Positions 36,179-46,497 of a DNA stretch of 64,000 nucleotides are shown piece after piece. The notes beneath the pieces were generated by a model that was not told where the DNA came from, did no database searches, and saw only the letters and a list, made by a program, of their open reading frames with translations. Numbering within the stretch: the first letter of the stretch is position 1; the number at the start of each line of letters is the position of its first letter. A program made the position numbers and the translations under genes. The DNA comes from a virus. The stretch lies in the IMG/VR virus record IMGVR_UViG_3300028394_000038; one strand, given 5' to 3'.

Positions 36179-38848
36179 ATGAGTTATGTAGATGCTCTCT
36201 TTGACAGAGAGAACGACACTATTAAAGTCGTCGAAAGAAACAATAAAGGCGAACGGGTCTATAAAGAGCACCCTGTACGCTACACATTTTACTACCCGGA
36301 TCAACGAGGCAAGTTTACTAGCATTTATGGTGATCCACTTACTAAGGTAGTATGCAAGAACACTAAAGACTTCCGGAAAGAAGTTTCTATTGCTTCAAAT
36401 AAAGAATTGTACGAAAGTGATATTAATCCAATCTTTGTACACTTATCTGAAAATTATCTAAATCAAGATGCGCCTAAATTAAATATCTGCTTCTTCGACA
36501 TTGAGGTAGACTTTGATCCAGAACGTGGCTACAGCACTCCAGAAGATGCGTTCATGCCAATCACTGCGATTACTGTTTACCTAAAATGGATGAAGAAGTT
36601 AATTACACTAGCAATGCCTCCTAAAGGCATGAAGATGGAAGATGCTGTTAAACTAGTGTCTGATATTCCGGATACACATTTGTTTGACAATGAAGGTGAT
36701 ATGTTAGAAACATTCTTGGACTTAATCCAAGACGCTGACATTATCAGTGGTTGGAACAGCGAAGGCTATGACGTTCCGTATACTGTTAATCGTGTTACTC
36801 GTGTATTAAGCAAAGAAGATACCAAACGCTTCTGTCTATGGGGACAGTTACCCAAGAAACGTGAATATGAAAAATATGGGAAGCAGGCTGTTACATATGA
36901 CTTTCACGGTCGTGTACATTTAGATAGTCTTGAACTATATCGCAAATATACATATGAAGAACGCCATACATATCGATTAGATGCTATTGGTGAAATGGAA
37001 GTAGGAGAAAACAAAACTGTCTACGAAGGTACCCTTGATCAGTTGTACAACAATGACTTTCACAAATTTATTATCTATAACAGACAAGATACACTACTGT
37101 TAAACAAACTAGATGATAAACTAAAATTTATTGATCTTGCCAACACACTAGCACACGAGTGTACTGTATTGCTACAGACCACAATGGGTGCTGTTGCTGT
37201 TACTGAACAGGCTATTATTAATGAATGTCATCGTAGAGGATTCCAAGTTCCTAATAGACAAAAGCGTGACGAAGATGCTGACAACAGCGCCGCAGGTGCG
37301 TATGTTGCTTATCCCAAAGAAGGTATTCACGAATGGATTGGTTCTTTAGATATTAACAGTCTTTATCCGTCAGCCATTCGTGCGCTTAACATGGGTCCAG
37401 AGACTATTGTTGGACAGTTACGTCAAACTGAAACTGATAACTTTATCCACGAACAAATGACACTTAAGAAAAAGTCATTTGCCGCAAGTTGGGAAGGTAT
37501 GTTTGGATCATTAGAATATCAATATGTTATGGAACAACGTATTGATAAAACTATTACCATTGATTGGGAAGATGGTAATAACACCGAACACTCTGCCGCC
37601 GAAGTCTACAAGTTAATCTTTGACAGTAATCAACCATGGATGATTAGTGCTAACGGCACTATCTTTACCTATGAAAAAGAAGGTATTATTCCGGGACTGT
37701 TAAAGCGTTGGTATGCTGAACGTAAAGAAATGCAGGCCAAACTTAAAGATTGTATCAAAGCAGAAAACAAAGTCGAAGAAGAATATTGGGATAAAAGACA
37801 GTTAGTTAAGAAGATTAACCTAAATAGTCTGTACGGTGCTATCCTTAACGCTGGTTGTAGATTCTTTGACAAGCGTATTGGACAGTCAACTACCCTAACA
37901 GGACGACAAATTGTTAAACATATGGCTGGTAAGGTGAACGAGATTATTACAGGCGATTTTGATTATCGTGGTAAAGCTATTATCTACGGTGATACTGACT
38001 CCTGTTATTTCTCTGGATATACAACGCTAAAGAAAGACATTGACTCCGGTGCTATCCCTTGGACTAAAGAAAACGTTATTGCATTGTATGACCAAGTCGG
38101 CAACGAAGTTAATAAAACATTCCCCAGCTTTATGGAAGATGCGTTTCATTGTCCGCATAGTCGCGGAGAAGTTATTAAAGCCGGTCGAGAAATTGTTGCT
38201 ATTAAAGGCTTATTCATTACTAAGAAGCGTTATGCTGTTCTTTACTTTGATAAAGAAGGCAAGCGTACAGATATAGATGGCAAGCCTGGTAAGATTAAGG
38301 CTATGGGTTTAGATTTAAAACGCAGTGATACCCCTGAATTTATTCAGAATTTCTTGAGTGATATTTTAGAACGTGTGTTAACTGCTGGCTCAGAGGATGA
38401 AGTTTTAGAACACATTACCCGATTCCGCAGTGAGTTTAAAGCTAGGCCAGGATGGGAGAAGGGCAGTCCTAAACGTGCTAACAACATTACGGACTATCAG
38501 GCTAAAGAAGCAAAAGCAGGTAAAGCCAATATGCCCGGACATGTTCGAGCAAGTATCAATTGGAATACACTACGCCGTATGAATGGAGACAAGTATTCTA
38601 TGCAGATTACAGACGGACAAAAAGTCATTGTTTGTAAACTAAAGCCAAATCCAATTGGCTTCACTTCGGTTGCATATCCAGTAGACGAATTACGTTTGCC
38701 TAAATGGTTTATGGAATTACCGTTTGACGACGCAGAAATGGAACAGACTATTATTGACAACAAACTAGAAAACTTAATTGGAGTTTTAGGTTGGGACATT
38801 AAGAGTACGGAAGAAAAAAACACTTTTAATCAACTCTTTGAGTTTTAA
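36179..38848 (+). CDS. Family B DNA polymerase (T4 gp43-like; start revised to ATG 36179)
   Basis: Exonuclease FDIE and YD motifs; DINSLYP; K..LNSLYG; YGDTDS; KKRY. Confidence 0.95.
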   Translation: MSYVDALFDRENDTIKVVERNNKGERVYKEHPVRYTFYYPDQRGKFTSIYGDPLTKVVCKNTKDFRKEVSIASNKELYESDINPIFVHLSENYLNQDAPKLNICFFDIEVDFDPERGYSTPEDAFMPITAITVYLKWMKKLITLAMPPKGMKMEDAVKLVSDIPDTHLFDNEGDMLETFLDLIQDADIISGWNSEGYDVPYTVNRVTRVLSKEDTKRFCLWGQLPKKREYEKYGKQAVTYDFHGRVHLDSLELYRKYTYEERHTYRLDAIGEMEVGENKTVYEGTLDQLYNNDFHKFIIYNRQDTLLLNKLDDKLKFIDLANTLAHECTVLLQTTMGAVAVTEQAIINECHRRGFQVPNRQKRDEDADNSAAGAYVAYPKEGIHEWIGSLDINSLYPSAIRALNMGPETIVGQLRQTETDNFIHEQMTLKKKSFAASWEGMFGSLEYQYVMEQRIDKTITIDWEDGNNTEHSAAEVYKLIFDSNQPWMISANGTIFTYEKEGIIPGLLKRWYAERKEMQAKLKDCIKAENKVEEEYWDKRQLVKKINLNSLYGAILNAGCRFFDKRIGQSTTLTGRQIVKHMAGKVNEIITGDFDYRGKAIIYGDTDSCYFSGYTTLKKDIDSGAIPWTKENVIALYDQVGNEVNKTFPSFMEDAFHCPHSRGEVIKAGREIVAIKGLFITKKRYAVLYFDKEGKRTDIDGKPGKIKAMGLDLKRSDTPEFIQNFLSDILERVLTAGSEDEVLEHITRFRSEFKARPGWEKGSPKRANNITDYQAKEAKAGKANMPGHVRASINWNTLRRMNGDKYSMQITDGQKVIVCKLKPNPIGFTSVAYPVDELRLPKWFMELPFDDAEMEQTIIDNKLENLIGVLGWDIKSTEEKNTFNQLFEF

Positions 38849-38852
38849 AAGG

Positions 38853-38881
38853 TTGACAATACATATTAATCAATATACAAT
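38853..38881 (+). promoter_or_regulatory. sigma70-like promoter TTGACA-N17-TACAAT
   Basis: Consensus match before the clamp and modification genes. Confidence 0.7.
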
Positions 38882-38899
38882 ACAACTAAGGAGAATTTT

Positions 38900-39634
38900 A
38901 TGATTAAGGACATTTTAACAGACATCGTAGCACATACACACAGCTTGGGTTTTTTACCTTTGGTAAAAATTACAGGTGACAAGGCTACCACAACAATTGA
39001 GTCAATGGCTGAGGATCGTTCAGTTATTGTAACTGCTAGTGCTCATAAGGCAGTTGACGAATTTGAAGGCACATTTGGTATGCCAAACTTAGACAAGTTG
39101 AATCTTCACTTGAAGAACCCAGAGTATAAAGAAAATGCAAAAATTGATGTTTCTACCGCAGAACGCAACGGTGCTACTATTCCTGTTGGTTTGCATTTTG
39201 AAAATCAAACAGGCGACTTCCAGAACGACTATCGCTTTATGAATGCAGATATCATTAACGAAAAGTTAAAGACTGTCAAGTTTAAAGGTGCAAGCTGGGA
39301 CGTAAGTTTTGAGCCAACTGTTACTGCTATTCAGCGTTTGAAATTGCAAGCGGCTGTACACACTGACGAAACTGTTTTCCAAGTGCGTACAGACAATGGT
39401 AACTTGGTATTCTTCTTCGGCGATGCAAGTACACATGCAGGTTCGTTTGTGTTCCAAGCAAATGTTAGCGGCAAGTTAAAGCATACATGGGCATGGCCTG
39501 TACAACAAGTTATTAGCATCCTAAATCTTTCTGGCAATATTACTATGAAAATTAGTGATGCAGGTGCTATGCAGATCACTGTTGATTCTGGTGTTACAGA
39601 ATATAACTACATCCTTCCAGCGCAGAGCAAGTAA
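38900..39634 (+). CDS. DNA polymerase sliding clamp (gp45-like)
   Basis: 244 aa beta/alpha protein right after the polymerase, ending YILPA; the polymerase ends in an LFEF clamp-binding-like peptide. Confidence 0.7.
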   Translation: MIKDILTDIVAHTHSLGFLPLVKITGDKATTTIESMAEDRSVIVTASAHKAVDEFEGTFGMPNLDKLNLHLKNPEYKENAKIDVSTAERNGATIPVGLHFENQTGDFQNDYRFMNADIINEKLKTVKFKGASWDVSFEPTVTAIQRLKLQAAVHTDETVFQVRTDNGNLVFFFGDASTHAGSFVFQANVSGKLKHTWAWPVQQVISILNLSGNITMKISDAGAMQITVDSGVTEYNYILPAQSK

Positions 39635-39636
39635 TT

Positions 39637-39990
39637 ATGAATAGCGTACAGATAATATCAGCATGTTTAGCGTTCTTGGTACTGTGTGGTGCTGTATATC
39701 GGCACATAGGATTTGACAAGATGAAAGAATGTTACGGCATGTGGTTGAAAAAAGAATACTGGACTGATTATAATACTGTAGAGTTTGCCAGTTGGGCGGC
39801 CAAGGCCTGTATCATTATTCCCGGCCTAATCTTTGGTATTAGCATTTGGTGGTTATATTTCTTCACATTAGCAACAAGCCTAACACTTATATGGGCCAGT
39901 GAAAAGAAACTGTTACCCACACTAGTAGGATTTAACACCATATGGGCTTGGATCAGCTGTATGGTATTGGCGCAACATTTACTTAAATGA
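39637..39990 (+). CDS. Small multi-TM membrane protein
   Basis: 3-4 hydrophobic segments; coupled to the Tgt-like gene. Confidence 0.6.
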   Translation: MNSVQIISACLAFLVLCGAVYRHIGFDKMKECYGMWLKKEYWTDYNTVEFASWAAKACIIIPGLIFGISIWWLYFFTLATSLTLIWASEKKLLPTLVGFNTIWAWISCMVLAQHLLK

Positions 39991-41519
39991 ATAAAAATCT
40001 AACAGCAACGCAAAGCGATTACGCATATTTCTTGCCAGCTACGTCAGGATTCTATAGTACATTCATAGGCAAACAACGCTATGGAAACTATGTAGATCCT
40101 GCACGTATTCCTCCAAGTCTTGCTAATGGTGTGGAAAGCCTTAACTATCTTAATCCAGACAAGGGTCAGTTTTACTTTGATCACTGTTTGTATTCAGCAG
40201 GTCATGCTAACTTAGACCTTAATAAACCAGACGAAACTGAAGACATGTTCCGTAATCGTGATCGTAATACCAGTTGGGTATTAGGTGACTCGGGTGGATT
40301 CCAGATCGGTAAAGGTGTTTGGCCTGCTGATTGGAAAGATCCTAACTGTCCTAAAGCCGCATTGAAGCGTAAACAAGTTTTAACTTGGATGGATAGTCTA
40401 ATGGACTATGGCATGGGTCTTGACATTCCTGCGTGGGTCGCTCGTAGCCCGGCAGGACGTGCGGCTACTGGTATTAGTACATATAACGAAGCAGTACAAG
40501 GTACGTTTATTAATAATGAATATTTTATTAACAATCGTAATGGCAACTGTAAGTTTTTAAATGTTCTTCAAGGCGAGAACCATGCTGATGCCGAAGGTTG
40601 GTATCAGCATATGAAGAAATACAGTGACCCAACAATCTATGGCGACCGTGCATTTAACGGTTGGGGTATGGGTGGACAGAATATGTGTGATATCCACTTA
40701 GTACTTAAACGTCTAGTAGCACTACGTTTTGATGGGTTGTTAGAAAAAGGCCATCAAGACTGGATGCACTTTTTAGGTACTAGTAAGTTAGAGTGGGCTG
40801 TTCTATTAACAGACATTCAACGTGCTGTACGTAAACATCATAATAGTCAGTTTACTATTAGCTTTGACTGTGCAAGTCCATTCTTAGCAACTGCTAATGG
40901 GCAGATTTATATTAACACCGAAACAGACGATCGTACTAAATGGGTCTATCGTATGCAAGCATCAGCTGATGATAAAAAGTATGCTACTGATACCAGATTA
41001 TTTAAAGATGCTGTACTACAAGACAAGATATTTGAAAAATTTGAATCAAGTCCAATCATTGATCAAATGCAAATGAAAGATATTTGTATCTATAAGCCAG
41101 GCGACCTAAATAAGAATGGTAAAGAAGGTCGTACTAGTTGGGATAGTTTTAGCTATGCACTAATGATGGGACATAATGTTTGGATGCATATCAATGCGGT
41201 ACAGGAAGCCAATCGACAATATGATTTGGGCAAATTGCCATCCATGTTAGTTGACGAACGCTTTGATAGAGTGTATTATAAGGACATAGTAGAAGCAATA
41301 TTTTCAACCAGTGATAGAGGCATTGCCGATGCTGTTGTAGAAGAATACAGCAGATACTGGATGAGTATTATTGGTACTAGAGGCGCAACAGGTAAAAAGA
41401 CTGTAAATGCACAAACACATGCAGACATACATTTTGAAATCGAAGCTAACCTAGAACCAGAAAAGAAAGCCAAAGTTGAACCTAAAGAAATTATACTTAA
41501 CCCGAGTTTATTTGAATGA
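39987..41519 (+). CDS. Tgt/DpdA-like 7-deazaguanine transglycosylase
   Basis: GDSGGFQ, LDIP, VLQG, HFLG, SFDCAS motifs of the TGT fold; 510 aa; no obvious CxCxxC Zn motif. Confidence 0.8.
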   Translation: MNKNLTATQSDYAYFLPATSGFYSTFIGKQRYGNYVDPARIPPSLANGVESLNYLNPDKGQFYFDHCLYSAGHANLDLNKPDETEDMFRNRDRNTSWVLGDSGGFQIGKGVWPADWKDPNCPKAALKRKQVLTWMDSLMDYGMGLDIPAWVARSPAGRAATGISTYNEAVQGTFINNEYFINNRNGNCKFLNVLQGENHADAEGWYQHMKKYSDPTIYGDRAFNGWGMGGQNMCDIHLVLKRLVALRFDGLLEKGHQDWMHFLGTSKLEWAVLLTDIQRAVRKHHNSQFTISFDCASPFLATANGQIYINTETDDRTKWVYRMQASADDKKYATDTRLFKDAVLQDKIFEKFESSPIIDQMQMKDICIYKPGDLNKNGKEGRTSWDSFSYALMMGHNVWMHINAVQEANRQYDLGKLPSMLVDERFDRVYYKDIVEAIFSTSDRGIADAVVEEYSRYWMSIIGTRGATGKKTVNAQTHADIHFEIEANLEPEKKAKVEPKEIILNPSLFE

Positions 41520-42064
41520 AACGTGATTATACAGATGGCGTAAGTGAAGCAGTAAACTTCTTCATTGGTAATGAAGTAGAACATACTCCTGCGTTTGGTA
41601 TGCGTACCTTGTTTGTTACCGGTATTCATAACGAGCAAGTGATTGAACATTTGCTTGGAGATGAAAACTGTTTACTTGATACTAGTAAGCATATTAAACA
41701 TATTTTCTTTGGTGCTAATCATAGTTTTAATCCGCAATGGAATGACTATGAAGGTTGGAAATCGTGGGAAGAAATGATTACCTATTTCTTAGATCGAGAC
41801 TATCTATGCTCATTAGATATCCCATTAAGTGCAGTAGAAGAGTTTCACGATGGTGGGTTAAATGATTATGCAAACTTTATTCCACAAATTAGAGTTCCAA
41901 TTCCTTATATTAAATTATGGAATTATAATACAATGCTTAAAATTGATGACAAAGATTTTAAAGCAACTAATCCCGGCGTGTGGTCTCATAGCCTACACGA
42001 TCTCCAAGACCGTAAGAAGTTCACCCCGTGGGCAGATTACAAAAATGACACTATCTTAAAATGA
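41516..42064 (+). CDS. Hypothetical protein in the deazaguanine operon
   Basis: ATGA-coupled between the Tgt-like gene and queD. Confidence 0.7.
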   Translation: MKRDYTDGVSEAVNFFIGNEVEHTPAFGMRTLFVTGIHNEQVIEHLLGDENCLLDTSKHIKHIFFGANHSFNPQWNDYEGWKSWEEMITYFLDRDYLCSLDIPLSAVEEFHDGGLNDYANFIPQIRVPIPYIKLWNYNTMLKIDDKDFKATNPGVWSHSLHDLQDRKKFTPWADYKNDTILK

Positions 42065-42456
42065 TTATTAGACAAGACCAAAGACCAAATAAAATGATCT
42101 GGGTTACCTTACGCAAGGAAGGTATCCACTGCTACCCAGCGGCGGCAACAGATCCAAACTTAGCTACAGGAGATGAATATGATGTATCGTTCCTTGCTAA
42201 TCCTCACCGCCACATCTTTCATTTCAGGGTGTGGATCAGTGTGCAACATAATGACAGGGACATCGAGTTCATCCAGTTCAAACGATGGCTCGAGTCGCTG
42301 TATAATGGTCAAGGTTCCGTTCTAAGCCTTGACTACAAGAGTTGTGAGATGATGTCAGACGATTTGTATAACATCATCGCACTAAAGTATCCAGATCGTG
42401 AGATCTGGATTGAGGTCTCCGAAGACGGAGAAAATGGTTCATTCATCAAATATTAA
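42061..42456 (+). CDS. queD: 6-carboxytetrahydropterin synthase (QueD-like, T-fold)
   Basis: H...HRHIFH, RDIEF, SCE, EVSEDGEN. Confidence 0.75.
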   Translation: MIIRQDQRPNKMIWVTLRKEGIHCYPAAATDPNLATGDEYDVSFLANPHRHIFHFRVWISVQHNDRDIEFIQFKRWLESLYNGQGSVLSLDYKSCEMMSDDLYNIIALKYPDREIWIEVSEDGENGSFIKY

Positions 42457-42471
42457 TTTAAGGAAATAAAG

Positions 42472-42702
42472 ATGAAAAAAGAAGTCGTTCAGATTTTTGA
42501 CGATCTAGAGGCCCTGCATGATTTTTGCAGGTTAAATATGGCTCCTTTTAACGAGGCAGACCTTTATAACAGAGGTTCAAAAGTTTGGAGAGATTACGAA
42601 TACAGTAAGCGTCCACGCAACTATGAACGCAAAGAGTATCAAGGCAATAAGCCACGCAATAATAACGGTGGCTATAATAACTACCGCAACGGTCGTCAGT
42701 AA
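42472..42702 (+). CDS. Hypothetical protein
   Basis: SD AAGGA; Asn/Arg-rich tail. Confidence 0.65.
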   Translation: MKKEVVQIFDDLEALHDFCRLNMAPFNEADLYNRGSKVWRDYEYSKRPRNYERKEYQGNKPRNNNGGYNNYRNGRQ

Positions 42703-43769
42703 TGGCAACTGTTTACCTAGTAGATCTTGAGCCTGTAGAAACTCGCTACACGGCTCAATGGAAGACTCACCTTCCTGCTATCTTACAAAAGAGAGGACAT
42801 GATGTCACGATTATATCTGGCCCTAGCAATATTCCTAGCGCCACTACTCCTGGTGCATTTCTTAATTTTGGGGGTACTAATATCTATAAGGCAGACCAAG
42901 TTGCACAACTTGGAAGACTTTTTTGTGCAGGATCCATCAAGGTCGGCGATCATTTTATTTTTACTGACGCTTGGCATCCAGGCATTATTAATCTAAAGTA
43001 CATGAGTGAGTTGTTACAGATTCCTGTAACTATTCATGCACTATGGCATGCCGGTAGTTATGATCCTCAGGACTTCTTAGGAAGGCTTATTGGTGATAAG
43101 CCTTGGGTTAGGCATGCGGAGTTTAGTTTTTTCAGTGCAATCGATCACAATTACTTTGCTACACAGTTCCATATAGATTTGTTTTGTAAAACATTTTTAG
43201 AAGATACTCCAAAACAAGAATGTATAGCAAACGGAAATATTGTACGTACAGGATGGCCTATGGAATATATGGAAGATACGTTAACTATGTATAAGAACAT
43301 GCCTAAACGTGATCTTATACTGTTCCCTCATCGTATAGCGCCAGAGAAACAGGTTGAAATTTTCCGTGATTTAAAACATTGGCTACCTCAATATGAGTTT
43401 GTAGTATGTCAGGACCAACAGCTAACAAAAAATGAATACCATAACTTGTTAGGAGAGGCTAAATTAGTTTTTAGTGCTAATTTACAAGAAACACTTGGTA
43501 TTAGTTGTTACGAAGGTGCAGTAGTAGATGCTATACCGTTAGTCCCTGATAGATTGAGCTATACAGAAATGTATTACGACACATTTAAGTACCCGAGCGA
43601 GTGGACTGAAAGTTGGGACAAGTACGAAGAAAATCGAATGAATCTTTGTCATAAGATAATCCAATACATGACCAATTATACACAGTTTATTCCTACTGTA
43701 AAAAAACAAGCAAGAGACTTACACGATCAATTCTTTAGCGCAAATGGATTACTCAACAACATCAAATAA
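42702..43769 (+). CDS. GT-B (GT1/GT4-like) glycosyltransferase
   Basis: HRIAPEKQ, ETLGISCYEG (E-x7-E), LVPDRLSY.E. Confidence 0.75.
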   Translation: MATVYLVDLEPVETRYTAQWKTHLPAILQKRGHDVTIISGPSNIPSATTPGAFLNFGGTNIYKADQVAQLGRLFCAGSIKVGDHFIFTDAWHPGIINLKYMSELLQIPVTIHALWHAGSYDPQDFLGRLIGDKPWVRHAEFSFFSAIDHNYFATQFHIDLFCKTFLEDTPKQECIANGNIVRTGWPMEYMEDTLTMYKNMPKRDLILFPHRIAPEKQVEIFRDLKHWLPQYEFVVCQDQQLTKNEYHNLLGEAKLVFSANLQETLGISCYEGAVVDAIPLVPDRLSYTEMYYDTFKYPSEWTESWDKYEENRMNLCHKIIQYMTNYTQFIPTVKKQARDLHDQFFSANGLLNNIK

Positions 43770-44166
43770 CGTAGGCATTATTGCCCAAGAAGTACTTGAT
43801 ACTATTACTATCGATACTAGCTCATGGAATATGAGCTCCGGTACTGGTTCTAGCTATTATTATACTGCCGGTGCAGGAGTTGGCGGCAGTTCTGATACTA
43901 TTACTATCAGTAATGGCGGAACCGGTATCAGTAACTATACAATTGGCGGAGGTCTTACGTCGTCTGGTACTGTTAGTATTGGAACTATAACCGGAGTCGG
44001 TACAGGATATAATTGGGGCATAACGGAAGAATTTGTAAATTGTTTGCCGGACTTTAATAGAGTACAGGCCATGTGTGAACAATATCCCGGATTAAAGATT
44101 GCCTACGAAAAATTTGTAACAACATATAAGTTAGTGAAAGATGATTATGATAGTCCAAAAGATTAA
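43744..44166 (+). CDS. Gly/Ser/Thr-rich hypothetical protein
   Basis: Low-complexity N-part, helical C-terminus. Confidence 0.6.
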   Translation: MDYSTTSNNVGIIAQEVLDTITIDTSSWNMSSGTGSSYYYTAGAGVGGSSDTITISNGGTGISNYTIGGGLTSSGTVSIGTITGVGTGYNWGITEEFVNCLPDFNRVQAMCEQYPGLKIAYEKFVTTYKLVKDDYDSPKD

Positions 44167-44620
44167 AAACAAATTCTTTTCCTTTTTAGAAAAACATGAT
44201 CGTAAACGTATCATTATGGATCGTCAATGTAACGAGCCGTTGTTAACTCGTTACTATCTGTTCTTGAAAGATCGCAAGCGTTTTCCGTTTAATGCGTTCT
44301 TACACAAATTTCACAAAGGTGATCCTGGAGATGTACATGATCATCCTTGGCCTTACTTTACTTTAATTTTAGCAGGCGGCTATTACGAATGGGTGCCTAA
44401 ATTTGCTAACGGGATTATGATTGGCGAAATTCGTATGTGGCGAGGCCCTGGTCATTTTAGATTTTGTAGTTCTACTAGCTATCATCGAATTGAATTAAAA
44501 GAAGGTATTACGCCTTGGACCTTGTTTATGCCTGGTCCGCAAAGACGAGAATGGGGATTTCTTGTCAATAATAAATGGATACACACCGATGAGTACCTTG
44601 AAACAAACAAGCAACATTAA
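44141..44620 (+). CDS. Cupin-fold protein
   Basis: HDHPW...GGYYE...HRIEL. Confidence 0.65.
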   Translation: MIMIVQKIKNKFFSFLEKHDRKRIIMDRQCNEPLLTRYYLFLKDRKRFPFNAFLHKFHKGDPGDVHDHPWPYFTLILAGGYYEWVPKFANGIMIGEIRMWRGPGHFRFCSSTSYHRIELKEGITPWTLFMPGPQRREWGFLVNNKWIHTDEYLETNKQH

Positions 44621-45032
44621 AAACGGATTGGTTGGAAGTACTGTAACCATTGCTCCTGGTTACGGAGCAGTACCTCCACAACTGAGCGGGCATGTTTATA
44701 CAACTACTTCTTCAGGTACATCTGGACAGTTTTTAACGTCCTCTGGCAGTAATGGAACTACTTGGACCACTGGCACTAGCACTATCAATGCCAATCCTGC
44801 AATAACTGTTAAACAAACCAATCCGCCAGAATTAGAAGTCAAAGGCAGGATGGTTATTAATGGTATAGACTTAGAAGAACGGTTGAATACAATCGAAAAA
44901 GTCTTGCAAATTCCCGAACGAGATGTTAAACTAGAAAAGAAGCACCCAAAGCTAAAGAAACTGTATGATGAATACATACACGCATTGGGTAAGTATAGAA
45001 CATTTGATGCACTTAAAGGAGATAACGAATGA
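44589..45032 (+). CDS. Gly/Ser/Thr-rich hypothetical protein
   Basis: Low-complexity N-part, coiled C-terminus; start approximate. Confidence 0.55.
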   Translation: MSTLKQTSNIKNGLVGSTVTIAPGYGAVPPQLSGHVYTTTSSGTSGQFLTSSGSNGTTWTTGTSTINANPAITVKQTNPPELEVKGRMVINGIDLEERLNTIEKVLQIPERDVKLEKKHPKLKKLYDEYIHALGKYRTFDALKGDNE

Positions 45033-45262
45033 AAACCTTACACGAATCAGTAGCACATACCTACAAAGAAATGACCATTAAAGAAAATCCTGGATTTAGG
45101 ATTCGTTTAGAAAAACACGAAGTAATTAATCCTAAAGGTTTGTTTAGCCTTGATATTATTCAAGAAAGTCTTAAAGACGGTGAAGTACAAGATACTGCTA
45201 CTTACAATTTCTTTATGACTAAAGATGAATTGCAAAATCTTGCACAGGGTTTAACTGCATGA
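45029..45262 (+). CDS. Hypothetical protein
   Basis: AAGGAG SD, coupled ORF. Confidence 0.65.
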   Translation: MKTLHESVAHTYKEMTIKENPGFRIRLEKHEVINPKGLFSLDIIQESLKDGEVQDTATYNFFMTKDELQNLAQGLTA

Positions 45263-45768
45263 AAAAAATATACTACAGTTGGAAAGACGTCGAAGGTGCT
45301 TGTTTAGATATTGCTAGACAAGTAATTTCTAGCCAATGGCGGCCTGACTATATTGTAGGCATTACTCGCGGTGGTGCAATCCCCGCAGTAATGTTAAGTC
45401 AGTTTTTTAATATTCCCATGCGTCCATTACAAGTGTCTTTAAGAGACGGTGGAGATTGTGTTAGCGATTTAGGTATGGCCGAAGATGCATTTGGTCATGA
45501 TGAAGATCCTAAAAATATCCTTATTGTAGATGACATTAATGATCAAGGAAGTACAATTGCTTGGATTAAGAAAGACTGGCCGAGTGGCTGTTTTCCTGAT
45601 CATAACCAATGGACAAAGACATGGGGACATAATGTTCGATTTGCTACTTTAACAAACAATATGGCTAGTAAAGAAACTGTTGACTATAGTGTTTGGGAAG
45701 TTAACAAAGCAGAAGAAGATTGTTGGTTAGTTTATCCGTGGGAAGAATTTTGGCGCAATGACAACTGA
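45259..45768 (+). CDS. Type I phosphoribosyltransferase (purine/xanthine-guanine PRTase-like)
   Basis: GITRGG, ILIVDDINDQGST PRPP loop, WLVYPWE. Confidence 0.85.
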   Translation: MKKIYYSWKDVEGACLDIARQVISSQWRPDYIVGITRGGAIPAVMLSQFFNIPMRPLQVSLRDGGDCVSDLGMAEDAFGHDEDPKNILIVDDINDQGSTIAWIKKDWPSGCFPDHNQWTKTWGHNVRFATLTNNMASKETVDYSVWEVNKAEEDCWLVYPWEEFWRNDN

Positions 45769-46132
45769 TATTGAAAGGGCACTTGATGAAAAACGAGCAC
45801 CGTGGACAGGTATTGAATACCGAACCAAAGATTATTGGGTCTTCCGAGATGCCTACCCAGTTACGGAAGGACATCTGTTATTTGTGCCTACCAAAGAAGA
45901 CTGGGACCATCTCTGGGACTGTTACAAAGCCGCATACAAGTTCGGTTACATGGGAGTCGACTCGGGTAGGTGGGACGCTTTTAATGTCGGACAAAACGTT
46001 GGCGAGGCTGCTGGACAAACAGTAATGTATCCACACGTACATATGATACCTAGACGTACAGGCGATATGAAAGATCCGCGTGGCGGAGTTAGGCATGTTA
46101 TTCCAGAAAAAGGAAATTACAAAAATGAGTAA
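45758..46132 (+). CDS. HIT-family nucleotide hydrolase
   Basis: DAYPVTEGHLL, AGQTV, HVHMIPR. Confidence 0.88.
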   Translation: MTTDIERALDEKRAPWTGIEYRTKDYWVFRDAYPVTEGHLLFVPTKEDWDHLWDCYKAAYKFGYMGVDSGRWDAFNVGQNVGEAAGQTVMYPHVHMIPRRTGDMKDPRGGVRHVIPEKGNYKNE

Positions 46133-46304
46133 GTGTACTTGCGGCCGTACTATTAACGACCCTTGGTGTGATGGTAGTCACACATTAACCGAAGAACAGT
46201 ATAAAGAACGCTGTAGAGAAATCGAACTTGAGGAATACAAACGTCAAGCTCAAGAATTATGGAACGATTCATGCACTAGCATTAGGTCTAATGATGCCAA
46301 GTGA
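46125..46304 (+). CDS. CDGSH [2Fe-2S] domain protein
   Basis: CTCGRT..PWCDGSH. Confidence 0.8.
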   Translation: MSKCTCGRTINDPWCDGSHTLTEEQYKERCREIELEEYKRQAQELWNDSCTSIRSNDAK

Positions 46305-46497
46305 GTGCGATGTGCGTATCGACTGGGATAACCAAAATGGATTCTGGTGGAATGAAACTTGTGCATTAGTATTATCAGTTTTTGGGTTACCTGGAAATAG
46401 ATACGAGTCTCATCCAGACTCAGACTATATGCTGTTTAAATTTAAATCAAAAAAGGATGCAGAATTATGCCGCATACTGTTAAGCGAACGATTCTAA
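46291..46497 (+). CDS. Hypothetical protein
   Basis: Coupled ORF; start approximate. Confidence 0.5.
   Translation: MMPSECDVRIDWDNQNGFWWNETCALVLSVFGLPGNRYESHPDSDYMLFKFKSKKDAELCRILLSERF

Noticed and set aside
36179-38848. Intein or intron in the DNA polymerase
   Set aside because: Length (~890 aa) and motif spacing are normal for a gp43-like enzyme
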